Part shown: one piece after another, positions 47,221 to 63,214 of the stretch | Position numbering within the stretch: the stretch's first letter is position 1 | Layout of the letters: each line of letters starts with the position of its first letter | From: Macrostomum hystrix | Lineage: Eukaryota; Animalia; Platyhelminthes | Length of the DNA stretch: 64,000 bases | Assembly: GCA_950097015.1 (NCBI GenBank) | Contig: CATNEN010000005.1 | Location: 3,100,001-3,164,000, forward strand | Reading direction: 5' to 3' | Translations under genes and position numbers: made by a program | The notes under the pieces: model-generated | Told to the model about the DNA's origin: nothing | The model's database searches: none | What the model saw: the letters and a program-made list of their open reading frames with translations, nothing else

Positions 47221-48854
47221 TTAAAACTTGCTAGTAGCAGCAGCAATCACCCAGAATGGCACCCGAATGCAGGCCGGCACTAACTTAGCCAATCCACTAT
47301 AGCCGTAGAATTCCAATAGGAAGCTAGCAGATCGCATGCTAACAATGGACCGGCCGCCAACATCAGTGAAGCCGTATTCGTTGGCTAATTCCGCTGTGAG
47401 CAGGATTCGACCAGTCTTATTGGCTAGCAATTGATTGATGGGCTCTGAGGCTAGAGCCGACACAGCCTTGCCAACAAATTCGGTTGTTTCTCCGCGACGA
47501 AACATTTCTAGCATGCGACGATCGACCGGGCTGATCACCTGGCCAGAATCCGCGTCCGCGGCGGCCACCACGGCTAGAGCCTCTTCCGTCTGGACGGCGC
47601 CTGGCCAGAGACTAATAACGGCAACACCGCGCGACCTTAGCTCTACCTGTATGAGCGATCAGGGGATTGGCATGGGATTGGCAGTGTAGGATCAGGGGAT
47701 TGACATGGGATTGGCAGTGTAGGATCAGGGGATTGGCATGGGATTGGCAGTGTAGGATCAGGGGGTTGACATGGGATTAACAGTGTAGGATCAGGGGATT
47801 GGCATGGGATTGGCAGTGTAGGATCAGGGGATTGGCATGGGATTTGCAGTGTAGGATCAGGGGATTGACATGGGATTGGCAGTGTAGGATCAGGGGGTTG
47901 ACATGGGATTAACAGTGTAGGATCAGGGGATTGGCATGGGATTGGCAGTGTAGGATCAGGGATTGACATGGGATTTGCAGTGTAGGATCTGGGGATTGAC
48001 ATGAGATTTGCAGTGTAGGATCAGGGGGTTGGCAGTGAAGGATCAGAGGATTGGTTGTAGGATCAGGGGATTGGCTGTGTAGGATCAGGGGATTGACAGT
48101 GTAGGATCAGAGGATTTGGTGTAGGATCAGGGGATTGGCAGTGTAGGATCAGGGGATTAAGGTGTAGGATTAGGGGATTGGGGTGTAGGATTAGGGGATT
48201 GTCAGTTGTAGGATCAGGGGATTGTAAGTGATTAGGAATCTTGTTCATCATGTTCCAGTATTAAGTAATGCTCACCGCCATATCAGCAGCCATACGATCG
48301 AAAGCAGCTTTGCCGACGCCGTACGGCACGTTGAACAGGTAGCTGAGACCACCGCCCGAAGACACGTTGATAATAAGGCCGCTGCCACGCGGCACCATCA
48401 TGCGAGCAGCGTACACCGAGCAGATGTAGTGATTGCGCAATCCGACACTGTTCACTTCGTCCCAAACATCTGGCGACATCTCCCAGAACATTTTACCACG
48501 ATTCTCAGCAATAACCCGAGCAGCAGAGAATGCGTTGTTAACGAGCACATCTAGGCGGCCATTCTGCTCTCGTTGGATCTGCTCAAATAGTCGTTTAACA
48601 TCGTCGTCCTTCTTGTGATCGCACTGTACTCCGATAGCCCGACCGCCGCGTGCTTCAATCTCGGCTATGGTCTCTTTGATGCTGCCGCCGACTGAAATTG
48701 AGTCGCCAGACGCCGACGCACCTTTACCTGCTGGTTCAAGAGTTCTGCCGGTGATGTATACCGTTGCACCGGCTTCACCTAGTTTGATGGCGATGCCCTT
48801 GCCGATGCCACGTGTAGCTCCAGTGACTAGGCAGACTTTTCCAGATAGAGACAT
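47221..48854 (-). CDS. DHRS1: DHRS1-like short-chain dehydrogenase (paralog B), complement(join(47221..47646,48276..48854)), ~334 aa
   Basis: MSLSGKVCLVTGATRGIGKG..NNA..YGVGK..DMA|VELRSRG..LWPG; donor gcg|gtgagc, acceptor catacag|, phase 0. Confidence 0.92.
47657..48225. repeat. Minisatellite, 33-bp unit, filling the DHRS1-B intron
   Basis: CAGGGGATTGGCATGGGATTGGCAGTGTAGGAT tandem array. Confidence 0.93.
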
Positions 48855-48929
48855 TGCAGTCCAACTGATTGGCTGCAAATTAGATAAGAATTGAAGGTCA
48901 TTCAGGGGCGAGAACGATTCTCACAATGG

Positions 48930-50690
48930 CTTGAAAGGCGATTTTCCTAGGGAGTTGGAGGACGATTCTCATAGCGAGTTGGAGGACGATTCTCATAGGG
49001 AGTTGGAGGACGATTCTCATAGGGAGTTGGAGGACGATTCTCATAGGGAGTTGGGGGACGAATCTCATAAGGAGTTGGAGGACGAATCTCATAGGGAGTT
49101 GGAGGACGATTCTCATAGGGAGTTGGAGGACGATTCTCATAGCGAGTTGGAGGACGAATCTCATAGCGAGTTGGAAGACGATTCTCATAGGGAGTTGGAG
49201 GACGATTCTCATAGGGAGTTGGAGGACGAATCTCATAGGGAGTTGAAGGACGATTCTCTTAGGGAGTTGGAGGACGATTATCTTAGGGAGTTCGAGGACG
49301 AATCTCATAGGGAGTTGGAGGACGAATCTCATAGGGAGTTGGAAGACGAATCTCATAGGGAGTTGGAGGACGAATCTCATAGGGAGTTGGAGGACGATTA
49401 TCTTAGGGAGTTGAAGGACGATTCTCACAGTGGCTAGAAAGACGATTCTCTTACGGAGTTGAAGGACGATTATCATAGGGAGTTCGAGGACGAATCTCAT
49501 AGGGAGTTGGAGGACGATTCTCTTAGGGAGTTGGAGGACGATTATCTTAGGGAGTTGGAGGACGATTCTCACAGTGGCTAGAAAGACGATTCTCTTACGG
49601 AGTTGAAGGACGATTATCATAGGGAGTTCGAGGACGAATCTCATAGGGAGTTGGAGGACGAATCTCATAGGGAGCTGGAAGACGAATCTCATAGGGAGTT
49701 GGAGGACGATTCTCATAGGGAGTTGGAGGACGAATCTCATAGGGAGTTGGAGGACGAATCTCATAGGGAGTTGGAGGACGAATCTCATAGGGAGTTGGAA
49801 GACGAATCTCATAGGGAGTTGGAGGACGAATCTCATAGGGAGTTGGAGGAGGATTCTCATAGCGAGTTGGAGGACAATTCTCATAGCGAGTTGGAGGACG
49901 AATCTCATAGGGAGTTGAAGGACGATTCTCATAGCGAGTTGGAGGACGATTCTCATAGCGAGTTGGAGGACGATTCTCATAGGGAGTTGGAGGAGGATTC
50001 TCATAGCGAGTTGGAGCACAATTCTCATAGCGAGTTGGAGGACGATTCTCATAGCGAGTTGAAGGACGATTCTCATAGCGAGTTGGAGGACGATTCTCAT
50101 AGCGAGTTGGAGGACGATTCTCATAGGGAGTTAAAGGACGATTCTCATAGCGAGTTGGAGGACGATTCTCATAGCGAGTTGGAGGACGATTCTCATAGGG
50201 AGTTGAAGGACGATTCTCTTAGGGAGTTGGAGGACGATTATCTTAGGGAGTTCGAGGACGAATCTCATAGGGAGTTGGAGGACGAATCTCATAGGGAGTT
50301 GGAGGACGATTATCTTAGGGAGTTGAAGGACGATTCTCACAGTGGCTAGAAAGACGATTCTCTTACGGAGTTGAAGGACGATTATCATAGGGAGTTCGAG
50401 GACGAATCTCATAGGGAGTTGGAGGACGAATCTCATAGGGAGTTGGAGGACGATTCTCATAGGGAGTTGGAGGACGAATCTCATAGGGAGTTGGAAGACG
50501 AATCTCATAGGGAGTTGGAGGACGAATCTCATAGGGAGTTCGAGGACGAATCTCATAGGGAGTTGGAGGACGAATCTCATAGGGAGTTGGAGGACGAATC
50601 TCATAGCGAGTTGGAGGACGAATCTCATAGCGAGTTGGAGGACGAATCTCATAGGGAGTTGGAGGACGAATCTAATTGGTAGTTGGAGGA
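48930..50690. repeat. Minisatellite, 24-bp unit GATTCTCATAGGGAGTTGGAGGAC
   Basis: ~70 copies with block-wise re-duplicated variants. Confidence 0.96.
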
Positions 50691-52135
50691 CTTTGGGGAG
50701 CAAAATAAGATAACGAAAAACCACCAGACCAGTGAAGGAATAAACCGCACCAAAATCACCGACAAATCCAATATAATTTTACAAAGCGAACATGAACAAG
50801 TGAAAACAACAACAAAGAAAGCTAGAGGCATAACTAAATCTTATTGTCAACATTCTGTGTCGATCTAGCACGAGTGAGAAGTTCGCACATATTAAAACAC
50901 GGAGCCTAAACTGATTATTAACACGAAAGATAATGCTCTACTTATTCTCTACTATAAACATTCTCACAACGCTACTTGCTAGTAGCATAATCGTCGTATT
51001 TGCAAGCAATATAAGTCGTTTAGAGCAAAAAGGCAGAGAGACGTTGCATGTATTGTTAGTTCTTGTACTATGCATTTTCTAAAGATAGCATATAATAAAC
51101 AGAACTGAATATTTAGCAGGTAATCAACTTTTAGCGCGTAAATATTAAACTCTAGAATAGACATTTGATGAGGTTATCACAAAGTTTAACACTTTTAACA
51201 ACCCACTCTGATAATTTAACAGTTATTGGCACAGATTGCACAGTGCAGTATTACGTAAGTTAGTTTTAGACTTTAGGTTAAAAATATAGTGACAGTTGGT
51301 CAAGATTGTATGATTAATAATAACCCGCTAAAAATAGGGATGTTTCTTTGGGTGATTCCAGTTGGAATCTGCGGTGTTTCCAGAAAAAGAAGCAGCCGAA
51401 CGCTGGAAACATACCAATCGGATGATTCCATGCTTAAAATCTACCCAACTGGGCGTTTTCTCGGTGCTTCTTGGTGGCGAAATGGAATCACCCAAAGAAT
51501 CCTCCAGTTCGGAAGATTCCATGCTCAGAAACCGCCGAGGAATCGCCCGTAAATAATTCTCTGGTTGTCCCATGGGCCACTGGTTCGGGTGATTCTTCGG
51601 CGGTTTCCGCACAATTTACGGTTACATCGGCTGCTTCCTGGGTGGTTTCTTTAACTCTTGCGAGATAGGGGGGATTTTAGTAGATTCCACTCCTATTTTG
51701 CACTAAAAACCCGCCGAATTTTTTACAGGGAATCTCTCATTTGACGTGTCAGAGAGACATTAATTATTAAACAAAAGTTTAGATACAATCACGACTAGAG
51801 AAGGCGTAACAGATGAAGGGTATAACACTTGAAAATATATAGGCAATAATTTAAAGTGTAGTAATTAGTAACTAACAGAATAAAACTAATGATCGCTTTT
51901 GTTAAGAGACAAGAGAAGTATTAAAACTAATTCGGAACCAACTAAAACAAACTTGTAATAATAATTTAGAGAACTTTTGAAACTGTGTACAGAAACAAAA
52001 AAATTAAAACCAGAATTATAATTAAACTAGATATTTTAACGATTTCGATAAAATAAACCAGATTGTATTTTATTAACAAAAACAGGATGTTAGGATTTCA
52101 ATACAAAGCAAAATAAATTAATAGAATCTTAGAAA

Positions 52136-55100
52136 TCAATCTAGTGAGTCTTCATCTTCGGCTTTGAGTCCGTCACGCGAAGACAAATGAAGCAAACGGC
52201 GCCGACGAATTTCAGACTGATCGGGCGCCCAAGCGGCGGCGGATCCAGCCAAGTCTTTGTTCTCGTCGGCCGCAGACGTAGAAGGCTTCGCCGTTGATTG
52301 CTCAGGAGTCCAGTTCTCGGACTTTATCGTGATCGCTTCTGTGGCGACAGAGGCGGCGGCTTCTGGCTGCTGTTCCGAATTCGATGCATTAGCACCGCTA
52401 GAACTAGCAGCAGCAGCAGCGGCGTCAGCGGAGGTAGTAGGCCGAATGTCTTCAACAATGGGCGGAGCTGGGCCAAGCCTAGCCATCAGTTGTGTGTACT
52501 GGCCCATCTGCAGTACAGCCGCGTCCAATAATGCCGCAATGCGTTGCAAATGTTCAACACGACGCTCCACAGCTTCGCGATTCCAAGCCTCCATTTTGCG
52601 CAGCTCGGCGTCAGTTAGACGCTTTAAATCTTCTGGCATCATCGGCGCCAGTGGTGACGATGGCGAAGCTGCGGCAAAGTCTGACGACGGAAGATAGAAT
52701 GCGGCAACTGGCGGTGCCTGGGAAACCGGGCTAGACGAGGCTGCGTCGGCGACCGCGGCGGAGGAGGAGGAGGCGGCAGCGGCCTGGGAAGAGGACGCAG
52801 ACGAGCCGGAGGGTCCTGCGGCAGCTGCGACTGGCTGTTGTTGCTGCTGCTGCTGTTGCTGATTATCCCTAAGCACGTCCATCCTACAAGTTGGACAAGT
52901 CTGCTGTCGCTGAAACCATGATCGCAAGCAATTGGAGTGAAACATGTGACCGCAGGGAAGTTTCTTGCAGCCTGTATTAGGCAGCATTTCCTCTCGGCAG
53001 ATGATGCACACATTGTCGGCACTAGTGAGATCTTGTTCAGTGGCATCCGGATAACGCTGCTGCATGATGCGAATAGCCCGCCTAGAAAGCACCATGTCGC
53101 TAAGAGCCAGTTTAAAGCTGCGAAATGCTGTGTAGGCTGGCCGAATTGCAAACAATGGAAACGTGTGCACGCGCAGCATGATGAAGATAAACATGGCGTA
53201 CAATAATAGACTGGCAGCCGACAATACTAATTCTCCCCAAAGCATCAGGATAGCTTTGCGATCCCAAGGCTCATCGGAGCGTGAGTCGATGCTGTGCAGA
53301 ATGTACTTCTGCCAGATGCCCAACGCGAATACAAATAGTATGGCGTATTCGAAGCCGAACACAAGCTGTACACTGGCGCCCCTAGCCAGTGTGGTGTGGT
53401 AGGCGTAGCGAATAAAAGCAGCATCTAATAGGCAAAGGCAGGTTAGTACGCCAACCGCGCGCAGATGAAATAAGCGACTAATAACAGGACTGCGCTCCAT
53501 AAAATCTATTCGATCCTCTGCAAGCCAGTGAAAGCATTTGATGAATAGCAGCAGGGTAAACATTGTAAAGAATCGAAACGACAGATCGTCGCGAAAAGCT
53601 GCGAATGCCAAGCAAGTCTCTGTGATGGCATACCAGCCTCTCTCAATTAGGTGCTCCACTTCAGTTGGACGCAACTGGCCAAAGAATAGGCGAGCAATAG
53701 CTTTGCCAAGTAGGTAGATTAGAACAAAGCCTTGCAGATAGAGTACCTAAAAATGTGTAGTTAGTATAAAAGTCTAAGTAAATTTCTAATGTAAAATGTT
53801 AGAAAAACTCCCTAGAAACATATTTACCATGTTACAAGTATAAATGGACACATTAGTATTTATGTAGTAACTAGCAAGCGAGTAACTGATTATATTAATT
53901 TTGGCATATTGATAACTCGACTTTCTAGACTAATTAGAGTATAAAGTACAAAGGAAAAGCCAAGCACAATTGGTCTAGATATTCATTATATATATCATTA
54001 TATATATTATTTCATTATACATATTACATAATTTAATCTTATTGTAATCCTAGTACATTCTAAAGAAAATATTCGTCAGTAACCAATTTTAAGCATTAGT
54101 TAGTAAAAAAAAACTAAAAATAATTATTATAAATATTAAAGTCATGAATAAAAGTTTTGTTTAAAAATTAATTTAATAGCTTTTTCATGCAATTGAATCT
54201 TGGCTTGAAGGATTTTTAGCATATACTATAGTACATATAGCCTAAATTGCTACTTTATGTATATAAGCATAGCTTGGACTCCTCTTTGTTTTAAGTATTG
54301 ATCTATTGTGGTCATTTACATTCTTCAGTCTTGTTACTTCATATTATATAAAGCAGTTTCTTTAGCTTAGCTCTTATAATCCAATAAAATGGTCAATATA
54401 GCTACTTGTTAATATCATAGGGTAATGTATCATCAACCGAACAGTGTATCTTCGAAACTGAACAAGAATTTCGACTCCTTCCTTGGTCTCGTGCAAGACA
54501 GAAACAAGCTATTGTGTTTCACACAACAACTAATTTGAAAGTTGAAGAAATTATCTACAAGCTGAGGCATGATGTGCAATGAAGCATTAAGAGGAAAAAA
54601 AGATATTGATGTTTCAATATAATTTTTTATTGCAAAAGCATACTTTTTAACAACATTTTTTCAGTATGTACTTTAGACGAATATTGTATGTGGTTGCTTG
54701 CCAATTAAATGATCATAAATGTAGTTATTTATAGAGCATGAAAAATGCTTTCAAATGACATAATTCATGATAGTTCACTCCTTAAAATAAGATTAAACCA
54801 CTCACTCAAATTTTAAAACCAAACATCAAATTCTCTGTTTGGTTTGAAGATACATGAAAATCATTGTTCGGTTTTCAGATTAAAAGCTGGAATAACTTTT
54901 TTCTATTTGACAAAATAGCAAAAGCAGATACTTTTTAGAAAGATGTAACTGTTTTCTATAACTTGGCTTTTGATTTATCATCATATCTTAAATAGAAAAT
55001 CTGTAGCTTAGGTTTGAAGTTAAAAAATACACATTCTTGTTTGGTTGATGATACATTACCCTAACATTATACTAAATATACGCACTAAATGTACTGAATG

Positions 55101-57028
55101 TACAAGTATTTATATATATATATTTCCACTCTAATATTTTCTGCATCCCAGGTTTTCTAGCAAAATATAAATGCCAAGGGTAGCCAACCAGATAAAATTC
55201 TTAATTTAATAATTAAATATTGATTTACTCCATTATTATACACTTCATAAAGTATTTTTAGTATATAAATCTACAAAATATCTTGCAGAATAGACTACTA
55301 CTAGAATTTTTTCTAAAATTAAAACAAAAACCAAAATGTTCATTTGTAAAAATTCAAAAACCAAAACCAAAGTGAAAGTTTTAGAAACTAAAAAAGACAC
55401 TGTTTTTAATAGTGTTGTTATAAAGACTTGCTTCTATGATTGATGGTTCTAGTTTATATTCTTTTTGCTTTTTTTGTAACAATAATTCAAAGAAACATGC
55501 ATGCTGTTGGGTAGGGGTAGGCAAACTCCGGCCTGCGGGCCAGATGCAGCCCTTGAAGCTCCCAAATCTGGCCCATTGCCTATTCTGACACCTACAGTAT
55601 CTTGTCTTATCTTTCCCATGTCTTTTTCTCTCCCATGTCTTATCTCACCTGTGTCTCATCTCACCCATGTCTTATCTCTCCTGTGTCTCATCTATCCTGT
55701 CTCATACTTTTATGGCAGTGCTTATCCACACGGTACCATAGAAATAATTTTTGTCTTATTCCTACGGTACCATGGGAATAATTTCCTGCTTCTCCGCACG
55801 GCACACTGACAAGATAGCTGTCCTATCTTCAACATATTCTGTGGGAATAATTTCCTGCTTAAAATTAAAGTTTTCTGCTTTTTTCACAAGTAGTTACCCA
55901 ATACGGTGGCTTTTTTAAGTATATAAAACATATATTTCTATTATTTATATATTTAAAAGAAAACAACTGAAGTGTATATTTTTCTAATCTTATAGCTCAA
56001 GCCTACTAAGTCTATAATCCCACGGAATATGTTGAAGATAGGACAGCTATCTCGCCAGTGTGCCGTGCGGATAAGCAGGAAATTATTCCCACGGAATATG
56101 TTGAAGATAGGACAGCTATCTCGTCAGTGTGCCCTGCGGATAAGCAGGAAATTATTTCCACGGAATATGTTGAAGATAGGACAGCTATCTTGTCAGTGTG
56201 CCATGCGGATAAGCAGGAAATTATTCCCACGGTACCGTAGGAATAAGACAAATTATTTCTACGGTACCGTGGGGATAAGCAAGTTGCCTACTTTTATAGC
56301 CAATGTGGCCCACTGTCATCTTTTATGTTCTCTATTTGGCCCACTAGCTAATAAGCTTGCTGAACCCTGCTGTAGGGTTTTAAAAGTTCAAAATGACCAT
56401 TATTTTGGAATTACAAATTAAAAACTGAATATTTAGAAATAACACTAAAATATGCATCTGACAATATTCATTATTGCTTGTAAACCAGTTACTTTCAAAG
56501 TCTACACCAAAAAGAGTATACTGTATGCCAACAGAGACCATTGACCATTGTCACCCCACTATCCACAATACAGAGAAGAATGAATTAACAATAATTTTAT
56601 AAAACTAAAACAGAAGTCTAGACTATGACAATATTAAATAATAGCTTTGCCTTTATCAAAAGAAACACTATCCAATAGTGGCAAAGAAGGAATAGGTCTA
56701 GCCAGATCAAATTTAGGTAGGTCTTTTACAGTTAATATAATACATGCATCAATATCAATGCAGTAGTGAGCCGGCCAAGAAAGTGTTTGGCCCATGTGGA
56801 ATTAAAAAATGTATACCTAAAGATATACCTTTTAATCATTAAAAGTTTAAATGATCGCTTTAATACAAGGAAACAATAAACACACAACAAAACACTTACA
56901 GCCGTGCTAGAGTTAGACTTTGTTAAGTACACAATTGATTGGTAGAATTGTTTCTTCTGAAAGAATGCATTTCCAAAAACGATTAACGTTAGTGCAAAAC
57001 TTAACGATGATATAGCTATAGTTCGCAT
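52136..57028 (-). CDS. SYVN1: E3 ubiquitin ligase HRD1/synoviolin, complement(join(52136..53746,56900..57028)), ~579 aa
   Basis: ..QKKQFYQSIVYLTKS|VLYLQGFVL..FFGQLRPTEVEHLIERGWYAITETCLAF..RDD; RING-H2 CIICREEM..CKKLPCGHMFHSNCLRSWFQRQQTCPTC; gct|gtaagt and ttttag| phase 0. Confidence 0.95.
55512..56369. mobile_element. hAT-derived (MER58/Charlie-like) MITE in SYVN1 intron 1
   Basis: Ends TAGGGGTAGGCAAACTCCGGCCTGCGGGCC and GGCCC..AAGCTTGCTGAACCCTG; 8-bp flanks CTGTTGGG/CTGTAGGG (7/8). Confidence 0.6.
55714..56288. mobile_element. Mutator/Foldback-type non-autonomous element nested in the hAT MITE
   Basis: Long inverted arms starting GGCA, built of ~69-bp subrepeats (55714-55860 vs 56018-56288); perfect 9-bp TSD TACTTTTAT (55705-13, 56289-97). 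Confidence 0.85.
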
Positions 57029-58444
57029 TTTTCTGCTTCTATTTTATCAAAAAAGCTAGAAGAGCAGGTACTATCGGTTTAGCGTTCTTAATGTAGTAAA
57101 TAACAATTTCTTATCAGCTCGAAAGTATGACGTGGAGTACAGTTGATTTTTTATTGTGCCTTAGATTAGGTTTAAATATGCCCAAAAATATACTAATGTT
57201 TAGTTTTGTAAAATGCATATATTTCTGCGTGCTTAACTCTAAATAAGTAACATAGACTAATAAGGCATTGCAATTCTTCTGTATGCCTTGAAAAAAAAGT
57301 AGCAAAATTTGTTATTCATATAAACTCATTTAAGTTTCAAAATTAGGAACTAATGCTATTATTTCTTTGAGAGAGCTCAGAATTGTCGTCGTGATTGTAG
57401 TACACGACGCGTAATTGTCTCATTTTATCCTCAATGAGACTATGGTGTGTATCTGTTACAAAATTAGCTATTTATTGTTTTTGTTATGCTATAGTCAATT
57501 TACCTGTGCTTTTTAGAACATATTTCGTTCTGTAGCAAAACTTTTTTATTTTAGGTGCTTTTGACCACAATCAGCTGAAGTAGGCCTAACAGATATCAAA
57601 AGATTTCACTCTTTGGCAAAATTCTAGTTAGCTGTCATTATGCTGTTTTTATAGCCACTATTTATTAGACATAAGCCATTGCTAGCAATATTTTGGCCTA
57701 AATAAAGCTTTTCTAAATTTCTATGCCTGGTCTTGCTTTTCAGTAGGGGCCTACTTGCCGTCACTTCATTCAGATCCCTTGAATTCATATTTAGTTCCGT
57801 CAGTGCCTATGCCGGCAGAACTTCATTCAGTGGCACAATCCACGATGGTATTGGGGGCTGCCCAGCCATTTGCAAATCAGAAGAGTCTCGAAGTCTCTAA
57901 AATCCAAACTATAGGGCCTAGTGAGGGCTCAATAAAACTCAGCCAAATTTCTGTGCCCCAAACAACTCTACGCGGCAACTATGGGCCATAGACAACTCCC
58001 ATTCGTCATTCCGCGTCATTGGCACCATTTTAAAAGAGGAAAATAATTTCGGGAACAAAAGTAAATTTATGCCGCTTGTTTCTGTCTTGCACAAAACCAA
58101 GGATGGAGTGAAAATTCTTGTTCGGTTTTGAAAATACACTGTTCGGTTGATGATACATTACCCTATAGTTTGGTCTTTGTGAGGTCAAGACTCAAGATGG
58201 CTCTCAGCAGGGCAATAGTGGTCTTTGGGGGGATCGTTGCTCCTGCTCATTGAAAGGGGAGAAATTAAGTCCTTGGGTGGTTAACCCATTAATGGGACAA
58301 ATAATCAAATTAGCAAATAAAAACAACTACCATGTTTTTTTGCAAAGGCTTTTGTGTGTTGCTAATAGGTAATAATAAAAAGAATATGTCTGCCCTAATA
58401 GTTCTATTGGAATTATAATACTACCTTTTATGTATATGTGTAAC

Positions 58445-58861
58445 GGCTATGGTGGAGTTCCGTTCGTTATATTATTTTGCAATTCAAAATGACTGCGGAC
58501 AGGTTAAACAAGTTTTACGACCAACGCAGCAACATTTAAACAACACGAGGACACTCAGAAAAGTTCATCAGAGGTTCATTAGTTCCTTATCTGTTCATCA
58601 AGTTGGATAGGCCCTAATAGTGGGACACCCAATACATGAAGTTGCCGAATGCATTGACTGGGTATAGACTCAAATGACTCAAATAGTTGGTGAGGCAACT
58701 TGAGCAACTTGAGCCGATAAGGTCTTGACTTGAGCCAACAGTCAATTTTAGACCATAGACATACATATGCCACGTCATGCCAAATCGTCCGTTGCATTAC
58801 TGGGCTTTTGGCACCATTTTGAAATTGAAAAATAATATAACGAACGGAACTCCACCATAGC
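58445..58861. mobile_element. MITE (417 bp) with ~34-bp perfect TIRs
   Basis: GGCTATGGTGGAGTTCCGTTCGTTATATTATTTT versus its reverse complement; flanking direct repeat GTGTAAC (58438-44, 58862-68). Confidence 0.85.
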
Positions 58862-59499
58862 CGTGTAACAAATGTAACATAAAGATGGTTTCATGGATTG
58901 AAAAAATAAGACGGACACACTGCTAATAATGCATTATAATGTTTTTAATATCTTGTATGTAGTGTATTTGTGGGAACCAAAATGTATCAAAGTACCAAAA
59001 AGTATAGGCACTAAATGCCTAGCAACCTTTGTCATTTGTTATCTTTGTCATTTTGTCTGATTCTGATATATTTCTTTATCCACAAATGTCCTTAGGCAGT
59101 TGGGCCCACCTAATAATAGAAAGAATTAATATTTCCCTATGTCTTTATTGAAGTTTAATCATATTTATTTGCCCTTCTCCCACAAATAAATCACAAAAAG
59201 TAACTTTTAAAATTCCTATTTCCCTGTGTTTAACAAAGTGTAGTCATCCTGTGATAAGGAAGCCATTCTATAGAAATTGGTTATAGAAGAAAAATGGTTC
59301 TTTTTATTAACTTAGTGCCCCAAAAACATTCATAGGCACATATTTATATGCTAAGATAAAGGTTCAAGAGGTTTAATATTATTAACATATTGAAAAAAGT
59401 GCAAAATGACTTTCACCATGGCTCTGGAAGTTACAGGCACTTATGGATACAAAGCTTTTTAAACAATAGTTATAGATTTTGATATGGCTATGGGAACTT

Positions 59500-60010
59500 T
59501 TGTTTCTTATATAATAGTCAAAATTCTATATCTTGAGTGCTCATATGTAGTTTGCACTGAAGTGATAAAAAGTGATAAAAGTGATAAAATAAAAAAGCCA
59601 GACACATTAGGAGATATACAAGAAAAGTTACAAAAAATTCCAGTGGGACAATTCTATGGCCTATAGGGCTCATATAAATATCTAGGGCCTATACAAACTC
59701 AAGCTTTTAAAGAATTCAAAGCTGCATACATCTTAATGGTGTATCAGGGATTTGTGGATAGCTATGATTGGACACTGAATAGATATATTTTCTTCATTCA
59801 TTTGCAACCATATCAAAGCCCTGCAATGGCAACCTTAACTCTATGGAAATACTTCACTCTGTACAATAGTGACACAAGGAGATGCTATGGAGGTTATGAG
59901 AAGTTATAGGAGTTTTTTAGTTACTGATATAGATACAGATAGGCTTTGGATATGGATTGATGTCTCCAAAAGTGAACCCAAGTTTCTTGACTCACTAAGA
60001 ATAAATCTTA
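59500..60010 (-). mobile_element. Highly degenerate L2/CR1-type LINE remnant
   Basis: Broken minus-strand frames give SRNLGSLLE, an LRL.YC.AL.YG-like stretch and YRILTII, in the order expected of the post-RT region of L2/CR1 elements. Confidence 0.45.
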
Positions 60011-60314
60011 AAATTATTCAAGGGCCAACCTCCAAGGCACAGTGAGAGTGTACACTGCCTGACGATGAGAAAGTCTGTATTTGGTATCTGTGTGTGTGTG
60101 CTCCTCGCTGGCTGCAGGTCTAGTGACACCAAATTATGTGCCCACAGCCCTTCCGCAAATATTACTTTTATTTTTTCATTTATATATACTAAAATCTAGA
60201 AAATGCAGCTAAATAATCAAAATCATTTGCTGTAATACGTCACTTTATCAATGAGACCAGCCTCATCTGGCACTCTTGTGCCATGTTTAATAGGCCTAAA
60301 CACAGTGTTCATAA

Positions 60315-63065
<2,751 letters not shown>

Positions 63066-63214
63066 TGACGCAATAACTTGAAGTGTACGCGATAGGCGGT
63101 GCTTGAAGAAGCTAGGTTAGCTCGTCCGCATAGTCATCTGTCCTTTGGATTGGCATTAATATCAGTTGTAGTTTAGATTTAATGATTTCAGATTGAGAAT
63201 GATAAATTTATAAC

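Noticed and set aside
48898-50724. Long ORFs encoding (ELEDDSHR)n on plus and (MRIVLQLP)n on minus
   Set aside because: By-products of a 24-bp stop-poor minisatellite; no unique domain, splice context or start signal
60059-60072. Hammerhead ribozyme core (CTGACGA..GAAA)
   Set aside because: Only 3 nt separate the two core motifs, leaving no room for stem II; no convincing stems I/III
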